Source of the DNA: Octopus sinensis
Lineage: Eukaryota
Direction: 5' to 3'
DNA: 64,000 nt
Assembly (NCBI RefSeq): GCF_006345805.1
Contig: NC_042999.1
Location: 10,230,001 to 10,294,000, forward strand
Shown: piece after piece, positions 13,544 to 27,691 of the stretch
How positions within the stretch are numbered: position 1 is the first letter of the stretch
Layout of the letters: each line of letters opens with the position of its first letter
Notes under the pieces: model-generated
What the model saw: only the letters and a program-made list of their open reading frames with translations
Database searches by the model: none
What the model was told of the DNA's origin: nothing
Translations under genes and position numbers: made by a program

Positions 13544-14072
13544 TAATGTATAAATTAATTTATATTTTATCAGACAAACATGAACGGTTGAATCAATCGA
13601 AATTTGAGCCAAATGCCTTTGTGGTGCTTAGTTCTGTTCTTTCATGTTTTGAGTTCAAATTTGCCGGACCCAAATGCTACAAGTCGACAGCGCCGAGACA
13701 ACGAGCCCGAAACCAATCATTCCCAGCAAAAGACTGAGGAAGGACAACTCCAACACTTTTTTTTAGTCTGAAGAAGTGGAAAGCTCAGAAATGAAAAGGG
13801 GGAAGGGAACCATCGGAAACTTGCCGAGGAAGCGACAAGATCAACAAACACCAGTTATGAGAACATCATCAGTTGCAGACCCTGGAATGGTAGAGGAAAT
13901 CGTCTTGTACCTAGTCCTAGAAAACAGAGAACAGACCCCTGCCCTGAACGGTAGTAACCAGTAGCATCATTCGATAGTTGAGGGATGAGAGAGAGCGATA
14001 AGGTTGTAGAGGAGAGTATTGGAACTGTCGAGGAAAATCCAGAAGGCAAAAATGTCAAAGGAGAAACAAGAA

Positions 14073-14192
14073 GGGGCTTTGGTGGAATTGGTAAAACGTC
14101 GGCTATAATGTTTTGATTCTAGTTAGGTTCGTTCACGGTTGGCGGCCATATTAACTTTCATCGTTCCTCCTAAGCTAATAAAATACTGGTTT
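14073..14192 (+). mobile_element. Old degenerate tRNA-derived SINE
   Basis: GGTGGAATTGGTAAAACG A box, GGTTCGTTC B-like box, AACTTTCATCGTTCC...TAATAAAATACTGG Nin-like. Confidence 0.45.
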
Positions 14193-15279
14193 TCGATTAT
14201 TCTCGCCTTCATAAGTGTGGCATCGTTCCAATGTAGCAAAACATGAGAGCGGTGGTTGTTGTTTTTGTCACCTCGGAATGTTTCATTTCACGTAATGCGT
14301 GTATAAAACAGCGAAACAGCTTTTTACAAGTAACGTTCCAAACAAGACATCCATCATATGTCACACAAAATTGACCAGAACAAAGCAATTTAGCCCAGAA
14401 ATCATAAAAAAACCTCTACAGTTGAGGAAGTTCTCTGCCCGGCAAATGTAAACATCTCATCGGAAACAAATGGTAAAAATAAAACAATTATAGTCTGTTG
14501 CTTCAAAATTTGAAGATATTTATAGTTATTGCACATCTGGTTAGTTTACCAAATGTTTTTGGCACTAACAATGGAACGTGGCAGTTCTCAGACACAAGAA
14601 CAAACAACCACTTAAGATGGGTTCTGCAAATTCTATCTGCAAACGGAGAATCATGCAAAGTTTTGTAATATTTATCGCATGCTTCTTCTAAACAATTATT
14701 GTTGAAAACTTAAGAAAACGGCTTTAGTTAAAGAACGGCAGCGGTGTGAGTAAAGATATTTTATGAATTAAATATACAATAAATATATAAACAAAAAGAA
14801 AGAAAATATTATTTACAGATTTATTATTTAGTATCATTGAGAGTATAGTGTAGTGAAGTGCTCTCTCTCTCAGAACTGGAGCTGGAAGTTTTTCTAAGGA
14901 ATCATGCCAAGCGTTCATGAACGGAGGAGCAAATGTAGATAAAAAAAATACGAATTGAAGGTTCAGAAATGAGACTGAATTTCAAAATATACACCCACAC
15001 GTACGCAGGCACATACATGCATACAGGCAATTACATATGTATATCTAAGCACGTTTTTTTTTTTCTTGCTGGATCTGGAGGACGAGTAGGTGCCAATGGC
15101 TTTCACAGACTTTCTAAGACTGGTGGGATTGGTGCCATTCATGTTCCTCTTAAACCATACTTGTACTTCCCTGGCCTAAAATATTAGACAAACATATGGA
15201 TGCGGGTGGGGGCGTGTACGTAACAATTTCCGCTTGACACCCATCAGTAATCGTTTCTAAACAGTCTCATGTTTTGCTA

Positions 15280-15550
15280 CGTTAGATGGCGAGTACCTCT
15301 CCCCATACGTCGGGTAGAGGGTGCTCCAGCTGCTGTTTTGACGGCGACTGAAAACCTTCGCCGTTTTCCAGTAATTCATGAATGCATAAGCCTGCTCTTT
15401 GCCAATGTATGATGAGGGTGGGGACCGGATATACTACCCAGGGTAATTCCTTCCTTCGTTTTTTGGTTATGTCGAACTTTTCTGTTTCGCTGCTGGACAC
15501 GCAATTAAAACGTGCCATTCTCAAAAATATTTTGTTCACCTGTCGCTGTA
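15280..15550 (-). pseudogene. Possible decayed Penelope GIY-YIG endonuclease fragment
   Basis: KELPWVVYPVP followed after a frameshift by SSYIGK (GVVY..C...YIG pattern). Confidence 0.35.
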
Positions 15551-15551
15551 A

Positions 15552-15609
<58 letters not shown>

Positions 15610-15895
15610 TGTGTGTGTGCGTGCGTGCGTGAGTGTTGTTGTTGCTGTTATTACCCAGGAAATGTCTTCTTTTAACACGAGTATCTACCTATCAAGGGTA
15701 TCTATCTGGGGGGTTTTTCCCCCGTGGTTGACGTTCTTCGTTTTCAGTCTCTCTCTCTTTCGTTGACGAGGGGACATGGCTGACATCTCGTGTCGCCATT
15801 TTGCCCATGACAAATAAACTACTACAGTAAAAGTCATTAATTTAATAAATGGACATACAAGAGAGAGAAAGAAAGAGAGAAAGAAAGAAAGAGAG

Positions 15896-15936
<41 letters not shown>

Positions 15937-15961
15937 AAGAAAGAAAGAAAGAGAGAGAAAT

Positions 15962-15994
<33 letters not shown>

Positions 15995-16066
15995 AAGAAA
16001 GAGAGAGGGAGAGAGAGAGAGAAGAAAGAGAGAACGAAAGAAAGAAAGAAAGAAAGAGAGAAAGAG

Positions 16067-16100
<34 letters not shown>

Positions 16101-19100
16101 GGAGAGGGAGAGAGAGGAAACGTATAGTGTGAGAGAGAGAAACACAAAAATAAGACTAAAAAAATGTAAGCAAGAGAGAGAGAGGGGGAGGGTGTAAAAG
16201 TAAGACGAGTTTGGCAGAAGAAAGCAGTGGAAAGGAAGATAAAGATAAAGAAGGAAAAAGGAAAAGGAGAATGAAAATGGGGGAAAAGATGAAAGCGAAG
16301 TTTACGTAATAAATGGGAAAGATATGGAGACGGCAAAAGCGAGTCGTTTTAGCGTTTGGGTTGATATTAAATGTGGTGCATTAATTTTTGTGCGGAGATA
16401 AAAGTCTCTGCCTTCATTCATACCTACCTACTTACCCGCCCGCCTTCCCCCTCCACCACACACAGACGAGCGAGCGAGCGTGCAGGGGCTGACTGAAATG
16501 TATACTTACACACACAGAGCATACATATTCGCTCATCGTCTGCAATTCTTTCAGTAACTCATTGGAATAGCTGATTGATGCTTGCCATTGATTCATTAAG
16601 AGATATGGCAGGTTTCCTAACTGTGTTATCATGGCTGTTATTTTTAAAACTGCCGACGCATTCATTCAGTCCTCTGCAGCGCTGCTATCCTCGCCATAAA
16701 ACCGTCTCGGTGGCAAGCGGTGTACTATTACCCTCACATCACAATAATAAACTAATGGGATGGGATAAGAAGAAGAGAAAGATACCAGCCGAGTCTCTTG
16801 CGAAGCGATTCGCTCTTTCTTTCTGCCGCCATCCACGGTTTGGGTGGAATGGCGATAATCCAGCGTGATTCGTACCTTTGCAGGATTATACTATATACTC
16901 ATTCACATTTTAATGTAAATCAACACACACTTGTACACACACGTACACTCACTCACTCACTCACTCACACACACACACAAACACACAAACACATGTAAGT
17001 ACATATATACTTGTATGTATGTATGTATGTATGTATGTATGGATGGATGGATGGATGGATGGATGGATGCACAAGCACAGATATAAAGCTGCCAAGTTAT
17101 ACACACAGACAAATAAATAGATGGAGAAGTGGGTGTATAGGAGTCTAGCTCTAGATGAGAACCCTTGAGAAGGATTTTACCATAAGACCTGTGAAATGAA
17201 AAGTAAAAGTGGAATAAATACTAAGGAGACAGAAGTGGTTGAGGTGCACGTAGTCATTAATGACGTCATAGACTGTAACGAAGCGACTTTGATAAACTAA
17301 TTCGATTAAGCAGTTGAGTGAACAATTGATTGATTATCTAATTGACTGGCATTAAAACTAAAGTGAAACCTAACCAGCGTACGTGCGTTTATTAGCAGCA
17401 TGACCCTCTCAAACTACAACAATATCAGGCTCAACCCACAGTTTCGCATAACAAAAGATTATTTATAGTTGTACCTAATTATTAATTTAAAGCAGATAGG
17501 TAATTAAAAGTTATACCGCACTTCTGTAACGTATTTTTGGTTTCCTAAATAGATAATTATTAGTTTCTAAATTTAAGGTATAACATTAAAAAAAAAACAG
17601 GTAGCAAGTAAGTATCAAGAGTAATCTTTAGGCCTATTTCGTTAAATAAGTCTAAGAGACTTTTTTTATTAATTATTTAAATATCGAGAATTTGTACAGC
17701 GGATAATAAATAAGTCTATCGTCTCTGTATAACCCACCACTATAAAATAGATCTGTTTTATAATAAATGTAAAAACTACAAGCCCGTATATTTTTGTGAA
17801 CTCTATACGACCCATTGGTGCATCAAAATAATTAGAGCCATTTTCTTTTTTACCCATAGGCCATTACCGAAACGAATTAATTATCTTCTTGTATGAATGA
17901 TTATTTTAATATCAGAATCACGGATTGACATAATTTCTTACGAAAAGTAATGCGTTTTTATGCAAATATTGAGCTATTGGAGGGTAAAATTCGATTATAT
18001 CAAAACGATTCAATTTATGATGTTCATCGTTAATGCTATTAGACCAATTATGAATAGAAACCTTGTAAAAGTTAAAAAAGGATGCTTGCAGATGATCGTG
18101 TCTGAAATCTTTTACTAACTATACCGAACTATTAATTTTATATTACTAATAAAATTCTGTTTTAAATGGAATGTAAAATCTACGTAGATCTAAGCATTCA
18201 ATTCTATTTTATATTTATAATTCGACAGCGATTTCCTTAGCCTCGAAATTAATGAAATTAGACTGAGTGTTATTAGTATTTTATATGTATTGGTATTAAT
18301 ATTAGTATTACTATTACTGGTAGACAAAAATCTGCGATCAATATTTATGTTAAATTAAACCATTTTTATGCGATAGGACAAAAATGGTGTTGGAAGGTGA
18401 AAAAGTTTTTAAATTATTGTATAAAATCTGTTGAAAACTGATAACAATATTTTTGAAGCTCACTCTTCTAATTAAGTTAGAAATCTGATTCGAAAGTTCC
18501 TATAACTAATTTGATGGGGATAATAAACTCGAACTTGTGAAATAGCAAATGGATGATCTCGCTATGAAAAAAGTAGGTTCTTCATTGAAACAGACACTCG
18601 TGACTTCCACTGTGTTGGTAATGGGGGCTTCCGATTGGCCAGAATTTCAAAATTTTAAAGGCCTGTAAAATTTTTTCTTATTAATTTCTACAGAAAATAA
18701 ATGTGATTTTCGTTATCTGCAGGTGAAACTATATCAGTCTAGAAAACTTGAAAAAATGCTGCCGATAGAACGAATTATAAAGATGCATTTCCACTCATTA
18801 TTTTTACGAATTCTTGTCTTCGGGCTTATCGTTTTTAAATAGTATTTCTTGGAGAGAATGGTTATGTTCTTTATCGAAAAATACAGTGGATGTTGATTCA
18901 TGATTCAGTTTGTTTACATTGTATTTGAAAAACGTTCAACAACTCAAGAATAACAAAGTGTTAATAGATTTAGAAGTGTTCAATGCAATTAAAGTATTTC
19001 AAGCTACGATTTCCCAAATTGCAACTCTGAGTTTCATACATACGACGCTCAAGAGTAAAGCAACAGGAGAAAAAAAAGATCTTATATTTAACTACGAAAT

Positions 19101-19311
19101 AAACAACCGTTGAATAAAAACACAAGTGATAAGAAACTCTCACGAGAGTTGAACAGCCGGAAGTGTTCAGAGAAGAAACCCCCGTAGGCAACTGCTTCGA
19201 CCGTAAACTATTTACACTCTAAGGGGACCGAACTGCTTCCAAGTCATGGCTCTTCGGTGCTATTCTGCTGATACCTTTAGCTGCTTAGATATCAGAGATT
19301 TGTGCATTTAA

Positions 19312-19528
19312 CCTATTAAGTCCCACTGTCCTATAAATAGGACAGTAAATGAAAACATTAAATAAGCTATATCACATTGTCGCCGTGTCCTATTTATAGG
19401 ACACCGAGTATTTCCATTTCTACTTGAAGAAAAAGAGTTTAAACATTTTTTTTTTTTTTCATTTTAATCTATTTTCGATCATCTGTAAAAAATTTTAAAT
19501 AATATTCAGAACTCTGGGACTGAATGGG
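19312..19528. mobile_element. piggyBac-type MITE
   Basis: TTAA flanks at 19308-19311 and 19529-19532; TIRs CCTATTAAGTCCCA / TGGGACTGAATGGG; two internal TGTCCTATWWATAGGACA palindromes. Confidence 0.8.
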
Positions 19529-19687
19529 TTAAACCACTTGGAGATTTCGTCTAGATAGAACTCCTCTCCGTAGACACAGCTTTCGAACTAATATTTAAGG
19601 AAGAAAATAACGTGGGTTGTCATGGTAGAGGTGAAACGTCAACGCTATCAAAATGATTCCCATAATGCTAAAATACAAAATTTTATT

Positions 19688-19901
19688 TTCTACTCCAGGC
19701 ACAAGGCCCGAAATTTTGGGGGAGGGGCCCAGTCGATTAGATCGACCTCAGTAAGCAAAACTGATACTTAATTTCTCGACCCCGGAAGAATGAAAAGCAA
19801 AGTCGACCTCGGCGGAATTTGAACTCAGAACGTAAAGACAGGCGAAATACCACTAAGCATTTCGCCTGGCCTACTAACGTTTCTGCCAGCTCGCCGCCTT
19901 A
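19688..19901 (-). mobile_element. Nin-domain SINE family A
   Basis: Full reverse-complement copy ending CTCGCCGCCTTA. Confidence 0.88.
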
Positions 19902-19964
19902 AAATACAAAAACATTACCTTCGTTCGGTATCGAGGTCGTTCTTGTTCCTCCTCGACCAGATCT

Positions 19965-20670
19965 AGCTGGAACATCTCTCCGCTGTTTCTGATATTGCCT
20001 TCCCAGAGACGGGGATTGTTTCATTAGATCGTAAGCACAAAACATGTCTCCAACCTTTATGGCACGAAGTTTGACCCGAAAATTTCTTTCTCTCAGGCCA
20101 AAATGGCGTTTCCCCCTCCCTTCTTGAACACGTGTGCTTCTTCTTTTCCATTTCCGAACGGAACGGTGAGTTCAATCAAAATCAGCTGCTTTGATGACCT
20201 GGAATGGAGTCTGATATCCGGTCTCAAGCCACTTTTTCTGGTGGTTTCTGGTTGTTTTTCTTGATCCTGGTCTGCTGAGCATTGCCAGTCATCCATTCCT
20301 GCGCCCTGTATGGCATAGCTGTTCCTAACCATGATATACTGCTTTCCGTTGCTGTGTAGAATGTTAGAGATTCTGGTTTTACTCGTACCGTACAAATCAT
20401 ACGTACCATCTCCTTAAGTACTTGATTGTGCCTCCAAGTGCACCTTCCTGGGGCTTGTACTACTCTGCAGGAATTCGGAACGTGTTCCATTGTCTGCCAA
20501 CCCCAGCAGAGTGAACGCTCTGGATTATTAGAATTATTAGGTTTGTATTTGAAGGCAGGAGATAGACCATAGACAGTTCTGAGGTTAAAACTTATTCTAA
20601 GAGGTGCCATTTTCCTCGAGTCGTTCCAGCAGAGACGCTTCTAGAGTGCACCATCATACGTCGTCCATTG
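19965..20670 (-). pseudogene. RLE-type LINE 3' fragment (HERO/NeSL-like zinc knuckle and endonuclease)
   Basis: SLCWGWQTMEHVPNSC (CCHC-like), RCTWRHNQVL (RHN), LRPDIRLHS...LIELTVPF (PD..E catalytic motif); frameshifted. Confidence 0.8.
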
Positions 20671-21044
20671 ACCTCGATGTCTCTGTTGTACTGCCTTCCG
20701 GATTTTCATGACACTGTTGTTCTGCCTTCCGGATTTTTATATGTAAACAAAGGCAAACATTTTGCTTGGCTGCAAACATTTAACGATACAAAGCGACATG
20801 TCGTTCGTTCTTCCAGCATTTGGAAATGTTTCAACAAAGATTCGATTCACCGGAAGCTTGTGTCTAAATATGTCCTTATTCAACACGCTTTTGTGATTAT
20901 AAGCATGTGCCAATGTATCTCTCCCTCAGAAAATTACTAACAACTCACGGTTACTGAATGTATTGGGACAACGTGAGAAATTCCTTTCAATAAATTTAAA
21001 TACACAATTTTTTTAATTGAATTATAAAATACAGATTATACAAA

Positions 21045-21250
21045 TGCTTTCTGTGGTTGTGGGGTAAGATGTTTGCTTCCCAACAATATGGTTTTGCGTT
21101 CAGCCCCACTGCATGGTACTTTGGGCAAATGTCTTCTATTATAGCCTCGAGCCGACCAAAACCTTGTAAGTGAATTTGATAGACGGAAACTGAAAGAAGC
21201 TCATTGTTTGTATTTGTGTGTGTGTGTGTTCCACCACCGTGTATGTTTTT
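21045..21250 (+). mobile_element. SINE family B, 5' half
   Basis: GGTAAGATGTTTGCTTCCCAAC...TTGGGCAAATGTCTTCT...GACGGAAACTGAAAGAAGC. Confidence 0.8.
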
Positions 21251-22025
21251 GTGCCTGTACTATATTTACTGGTGTATAATTCGAGAAATCGAATACAAAT
21301 AACAGGACCCACATTGGAAGGCAGCATAACATAATATAAATTCAACATCCAATGAAAATGAAGATATGGAAACCGGTAGCCCCGAGACATCTAACAACTA
21401 TTGTATATATTTCATTAGCACTAGTGTGAAGCGAATATATTCTATGGCAGATTGTTAAATCTGTTCGCTCGTTGCTGTGTGATTATATATTCTACTAGTT
21501 AAAAGTGACTATTTAATTCTACAGATTATACTTTAAAACAGAGGTTCCATTAGTGAAGTGTACGAGTTGAAGAAAAAAATTATTCGGTTTACAATTTCAT
21601 AATAAAAGCGAGTGTTTTAAAAATAGACGTATTGCTCGGTGCAAAATTTACATTTAATGTCACAGTATTTACTGAAAATACCATCTGTGTAATCTCGAGG
21701 AAATTAGGTGTGGCTGACTAAGCTATAAGTCAATGGAGAAAGAAAAATGGCCGATAACTTTGAAGTAAAAGATTCTGAGCAAACGCAGGTGTCGTGTTGG
21801 GTTTAGTGTTTGTGTCTCAATATTTTAGATTATATTCTTTATGTTTGAAAATTTGCGGTGATATTAGAATGACCTCCTAAAACATACAACTATTTTTTAG
21901 GTGGAGTTTGCCATTATATTCGAAACTACATTGTACGCGAGTGAATGTGGCACATATAAGGGAATAGACTGGGTATAAGACGATGATGATGATCATCATC
22001 ATCATTACTATTATTATCATCATAT

Positions 22026-22230
22026 AAGGCGACAAATGGTAGAATCGTTTCAGTGCCGAACAAAACGCTCTGCAGCATTTCTTCCGACTTTATGTCCTGA
22101 ATTTAAACGCCACCGCGGTTGACTTTGCCTTTCATCCTTTCGAGGTCAATAAAATAAGTACCAGTCATGTACTGGGGTTGGTGTAATCGGTTTGCCCCTT
22201 CCCTAAAATTGTGCCTATAGTAGAAAAAGA
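22026..22230 (+). mobile_element. Nin-domain SINE family A
   Basis: Degenerate head, GACTTTGCCTTTCATCCTTTCGAGGTCAATAAAATAAGTACCAG. Confidence 0.8.
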
Positions 22231-22326
22231 TAATCATTATTGCTAAACTAGTATACAGGTAATTAGAGAGCGTTCGTTGTGCAGGTAAGGTGATTGAGTG
22301 TTTGCAATATGTTCAGCCGAGAATAT

Positions 22327-22358
<32 letters not shown>

Positions 22359-22684
22359 CGAGAGAGAAATCAATTGTTTCTAAGAGACTTGACTTTGCGT
22401 AACCTCTAACATTAATCTTTCTCTTTTTTTTCTCTCTTTTACATTGCTGTTGTTGCTGCTGTGGCTTATCTCCTATTACATGGTCTTCTTATGTGATTAT
22501 ACACATGAACGTAGATGGGTGAGATTATGACGTCAGAGATAATGAGATAAGAAAAAAGAAGAAAAAATCTTCATTTTAAGTTAGATGATATCAGCTTAGA
22601 AATATGGAAGGTGAAAATAGACAAAGAATACAGAGATTATGAAATACGTATATTTATATTATATTATATTATATTATATTATAT

Positions 22685-22715
<31 letters not shown>

Positions 22716-22905
22716 GGTGTAGGAGTGGCTGTGTGGTAAGTAGCTTGCTTACGAACCACATGATTCCGGTTTCAGTCCCACTGTGTGGCACCTTGCCCAA
22801 GTACTAGGCATCCAAAGAATGAGTCCCGGGGTCGATTTGCTCGACTAAAAGCGGTGCTCCAGCATGGCCACAGTCAAATGACTGAAACAAGTAAAAGAAT
22901 AAAAA
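22716..22905 (+). mobile_element. SINE family B with internal deletion
   Basis: Head GGAGTGGCTGTGTGGTAAG joined directly at AAGT to the tail half. Confidence 0.85.
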
Positions 22906-23614
22906 AGAGTATGTATGTATGTATGTATACATATATATATGTATGTATGTATGTATATTATATATATTTACACACACAGTAAATAAAGAGTGAAATAGGT
23001 GGTTAGATAGACAGACAGATTGATGTATAGAGTTTGATTGATTTGTCATCTGGTTGATTGATCGACTGACTGGTTAACTGATTGATTGATTGATAGATTG
23101 ATGTTGATAGGAAGCGAGAGGATTAATGAATATCAGATTTATTTGGGTGTATATGTGCGTGTATGGAAATGTGAGGAGTGCCTAGAAGAACACGAAAGAC
23201 AGAGAAAGGTGAAGGCAGTTCGTTTTATGTATGTGTACGCATGCGTGCGCCCGTGTGTGTGTGTGTGTGTGTGTAGCAAAAGCAAAAACAGAATGCTTTG
23301 ATATCGTATGATAAAGCCCTTCGTCTGAAGTCACAGACAAGACTGGATGGTTGCTGTTAAAGCAACCTGATCTATTTATGCTTGAAGCCAGTTGCTGAGC
23401 CGTCAAAAGACTGCGTTCAACTTCAACACCACTTTATTACTAGAATCAGTAAACAGCTAATTATCTTCTCTCTCTCTCTCCCTCTCTCTATCTCTCACTC
23501 ACTCACTCACTCACACTGTTGATCTTTCTCTCATTCTCTATCTCTTATTCTCTCTCACTCTACATCTCTCTCAACATACACACACACAAACTCATATATA
23601 TACATATATACATT

Positions 23615-23800
23615 GCTGGTTTCAGTCTTTGGATGACAGCCGTGCAGGTTTCACCACCTTCACGGCATTAATCGACCTCAGTACTCATTTTTAAGCCGGG
23701 TACTTCATCTATCGCTCTCCTTCTTCCGAACCGCTATGTTACGGGGATTTACACCAAGACCCGGTGTCAACCGGTGATGCAGGACAATCACAAACACACA
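23615..23800 (-). mobile_element. SINE family B, degenerate 3' half
   Basis: CCGAACCGCTATGTTACGGGGATTTACACC...GTCAACCGGTGATGC. Confidence 0.65.
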
Positions 23801-24027
23801 TACACACGCGCACATACATACATACATACATACATACATACATGCATACATGCATACATACATACATACATACATACATACATACATACATGCATGCATG
23901 CATGCATGCATGCATGCATACATGCATACATACATACATACATACATACATACATACATACATACATACATACACACTCGCATACATACATACAAACATA
24001 CATACATACATACATACATACATACGT

Positions 24028-24355
24028 AAAGCTGAAGATCAGTGAAAAAGAGAATACCTATGCTTAACTGATGAGAAATCTGCAGTTACTCTTTCCAGAT
24101 TACAAGTTCAGGATTATACCTGAAATTATTATTGGGGCCCTGGGATATGTAACACACTGCCTAAATATCAATCTTGAGAAATTGGGCTTCTCAAAACCAG
24201 AAATGAGAAAGCTAATTCAAAGACTACAAATCCAATCTATCAGTGGAACTGTAAAAGTCTGTAAAACTTTCCAGATGTTTAGCAGTTAGATATGTATGAG
24301 CATGTCTAGATATGCAATTATATGCATGAGAATACATACATAAAACATACAAATC
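24028..24355 (+). pseudogene. RLE LINE (R4/Dong-like) C-terminal fragment and 3' UTR
   Basis: KISEKENTYA*LMRNLQLLFPDYKFRIIPEIIIGALG...LQIQSISGTVKVCKTF (KxxxY, IIGALG motifs); preceded by (TACA)n, CATA-rich tail. Confidence 0.75.
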
Positions 24356-24359
24356 TAGA

Positions 24360-24532
24360 CACACACACAACGACCTTCTTTCAGTTTCCATCTACCAAGT
24401 CCATTCGCAAGGCGTTGGTCGGCCTAGGGCTATAAGTAGAAGATACTTGGCCAAGGTGCGATCCATGGAACTGAACCCCAGACCGCATGGTTGGAAAGCC
24501 ACATCCTCGCCTATTACGCCACGTCTACGCCT
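24360..24532 (-). mobile_element. SINE family B, 5' half
   Basis: TTCTTTCAGTTTCCATCTACCAAGTCCA...GAACTGAACCC. Confidence 0.75.
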
Positions 24533-24549
24533 GTGACATATATATTATA

Positions 24550-24711
24550 GGCGCAAGTATGGCTGTGGTAAGAAGCATACTTCCCAGCCATATGGTTCAG
24601 GGTTCAATCCCACTGCGTGGCATTTTAGGTGTCTTCTACTATGGCCTCGGGCCAAGCAAAGCCTTCTGAGTGGATTTGGTTGAAGGAAACGGAAGAAACT
24701 GAAAGAAACCC

Positions 24712-24754
<43 letters not shown>

Positions 24755-25098
24755 TGTGTGTGTGTGTGTGTATTCGTGTGTGTGTGTATTCGTGTGTGTG
24801 TGTGTGTGTGTGCGTGCATATGTATGTGTGTGTATTCGTGTGTGTGTGTGCGTGCATATGTATGTGTGTGTATTCATGTGTGTGTGTGTGTGTGTGTGTG
24901 TGTCCAGCACCGCTTGACAACCGGTGTTGCTGTGTTTGTTTCCCTGTAACGTAGAGTTCGACAAAAAAAAAGGCCAAGATAATTTGTACTTGGCTCTAAA
25001 AAAAATGAGTCCTGGGGTCGATTTGTTCGACTAAAACCCTTCAAGACGGTGCCCCAGCGTGGCCACAGTCAAATGACTGAAACAAGCAAAAGATAAGA
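24550..25098 (+). mobile_element. SINE family B, full length with internal (TG)n expansion
   Basis: Head, internal microsatellite 24714-24903, tail CAAATGACTGAAACAAG. Confidence 0.88.
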
Positions 25099-25699
25099 TC
25101 CTCAAGGAACATTACAAATACATTACAGAGAAATTATTTGGTCAAAATGCATTCCTATATTCCCTCTATTCTCTCTTCCCCTTCGTTTCTAACACTGACA
25201 ATATCAGCCACTTCACCCTGAACTTATTTCTAACCCTTCACAAAACTCTCTCCATTGTAACTCTTCTCTCATGAGAAATCGCTTTTGTTTGCCCGTGGTT
25301 CTTGCTTCTCTTCGCTGCCTTCGAGACATCACCTCATTCCCATTCAGTTATTCTACCGCTTGCACATTTTGCTTAATAAACACGACAACCAGAACCCAGC
25401 CCGAACACATCTGCTCACATTCTGTTTCTGACTACATCTAAACACATTCTTTCGTCTGTTGTTTCTTGTTCGTTGCACATCCTACATTTTGGCGATGCCA
25501 CAGCCCAGCTTCTCATTTGCGTTACTCACTAATTAAGGAACACATTCTTTTTCTTCTTCTTCTTCTTCTTCTTCGTCAGTGCAGTTGCAAGGTTTGTTTT
25601 AGTCGTCGAGGCTGTCATATTGGTTGAGGTTTATAACTTTTTGACATTTATTATTATTATTACTATTATTGTTATTATTATTGTTAATATTATTATTAT

Positions 25700-26100
25700 T
25701 AAGGCGGCGAGCTGGCAGAAACGTTAGCACGTCGGGCGAAATGCGTAGCCGTATTTCGTCTGTCGCTACATTCTGAGTTCAAATTCCGCCGAGGTCGACT
25801 TTGCCTTTCATCCTTTCGGGGTCGATAAATTAAGGACCAGTTACTTACTGGGGTCGATGTAATCGACTTAATCCGTTTGTCTGTCCTTGTTTGTCCCCTC
25901 TGTGTTTAGCCCCTTGTAGGTAGTAAAGAAATAGGTATTTCGTCTGCCGCTATGTTCTGAGTTCAAATTCCGCCGAGGTTGACTTTGCTTTTCACCCTTT
26001 CGGGGTCGATAAATTAAGTGCCAGTTGAGCACTGGGGTCGATATAATCGACTCAAGACCTCCCCCAAAATTTCAGGCCTCCTGCCTACAATAGAAAGGAT
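25700..26100 (+). mobile_element. Nin-domain SINE family A, dimeric form
   Basis: Two B-box/Nin modules joined by a TTTGTCTGTCCTTGTTTGTCCCC...GTAGTAAAGAAATA linker. Confidence 0.9.
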
Positions 26101-26583
26101 TATTATTATTATTTCCCTCCTTTTTCAAGGCCTCGAGCTTAGAGTAGAAATAACTACTACTTTCCCCCTCCGTAACATTTTCTATAATCTTTCCCCTTTT
26201 TTCTTTTTCCCTTCATTTTCTTTCGTACAAAAAAGTGTTTATTTGTTGTCTCGTTCAGCATGAAAAGATCAAAAAGCTTCTTCGCTTGTTCGCTTACTTT
26301 GTATTTTCTATAGACGAGCTGAAAACCTTCAGATATCTCGTCCAAGACCCTTTTTCACTCTGCCGCCATCGGAAGAGTTTCAAAACAATATTTTATAGAA
26401 GTTTTCCAAGACAGAATAAAAAAAAAATTATTGTAAGTGGAAAAGAAGACGCTACGATCGAGAACCAGGAAACTCTGTTGATAGAGAGACAGAGACAGAC
26501 AGTTAGAGAAAGAGAGAGAGAGAGATACAAAAGTTATTTATACGAGAGAAAACTGGGTAGAAGAGTTATGCATTACAAACGTC

Positions 26584-26960
26584 CCGTGACACTCCGTCGG
26601 TTGCGACGACGAAGGTTCCAGTTGATCCGATCAACAGAGCAGTCTGCTCGTGAAATTAACGTGTAAGTGGCTGAGCACTCCACAGACACGTGTACCCTTA
26701 ACGTAGTTCTCGAGGAGATTCAGCGTGACACAAAGTGTGACAAGGCTGGCCCTTTGGAATACAGGTACAACAGAAACAGGAAGAAAGAATGAAGTTGTGG
26801 TGAAAGAGTACAGCAGGGTTCGCCATCACCCCCTGCCGGAGCTTCGTGGAGCTTTAGGTGTTTTCGCTCAATAAACACTCACAACGCCCGGTCTAGGAAT
26901 CGAAACCACGATCCTACGTCCGCGAGTCCGCTGCCCTAACCACTGAGCCATTGCGCTTCC
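26584..26960 (-). mobile_element. tRNA-derived SINE family C (tail type 1)
   Basis: Head GCGCAATGGCTCAGTGGTTAGGGCAGCGGACTCGCGG...TTTCGATTCC shared with 29948-30260. Confidence 0.85.
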
Positions 26961-27635
26961 ATTCCAAACGTAAGCTACATTCCAATGGCGCGGTCAGGAG
27001 AGGTTAACTCGACAGCTCATCTCGTCTCACGGACGCGAAAACTAGTGTTTGTGGCAAAAACGCTTAATTCTTTACGATTTAATAAATCATTCAGAAGTCA
27101 ACAGATGCTACATGAGAACAAATCGATCAGTGAGTCTCTACGTAGTTTCTTGACTTACTAGAAAAAGCAGTCAAATCTCCTTCAAACACCGTTCTACTAT
27201 TGGATAATGTTCTCCCTGATATTCAAAAAGACGAAATGGTCATGACTAGAATGCCTTTAAGCATACGTTTGTTCCATCAAGTTTCCCTGGTGCTAAATAA
27301 TAATAACAGGTCGCAGTTGTCGGCTGCAATAACAATATTCAAACATCGGTCATAGACTTTGTGAAGCTGAACTGAAAATATTGATGATATTTCGTCTTGG
27401 AAAGAGGTACTCTCTTCCGGAGTGGCTTCACCTAAGTAGACTCGATACTTCCGGCGGCAATCAATAGCACGATTGTTATTGGTATCAATAAAGTTAATTA
27501 GTTTCACACGAAAATCTGACTTGGCTCACGAACTCAGCATTCTATGCCACAACATTCACATTCTTCTAAGCGGCGTCAATTAGAAAGAATCTTCGACAGT
27601 AGTAACAGGCATATTACAACGATGTTTTACTTGGG

Positions 27636-27689
<54 letters not shown>

Positions 27690-27691
<2 letters not shown>

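Noticed and set aside
15282-15553. Possible host exon on the minus strand
   Set aside because: AG/GT sites exist but no recognisable host protein and no partner exons; better explained as a decayed GIY-YIG fragment
21355-21385. ATGAAGA-TATG-GAAA-CCGG-TA stem-II-less hammerhead
   Set aside because: Core starts with A not C and no stem I pairing; may be a decayed copy or chance
27330-27480. IDCRRKYRVYLGE GIY-YIG-like peptide (-); also a Cys-rich PLE-like trace near 58980-59100
   Set aside because: Too short and decayed to call without a profile search
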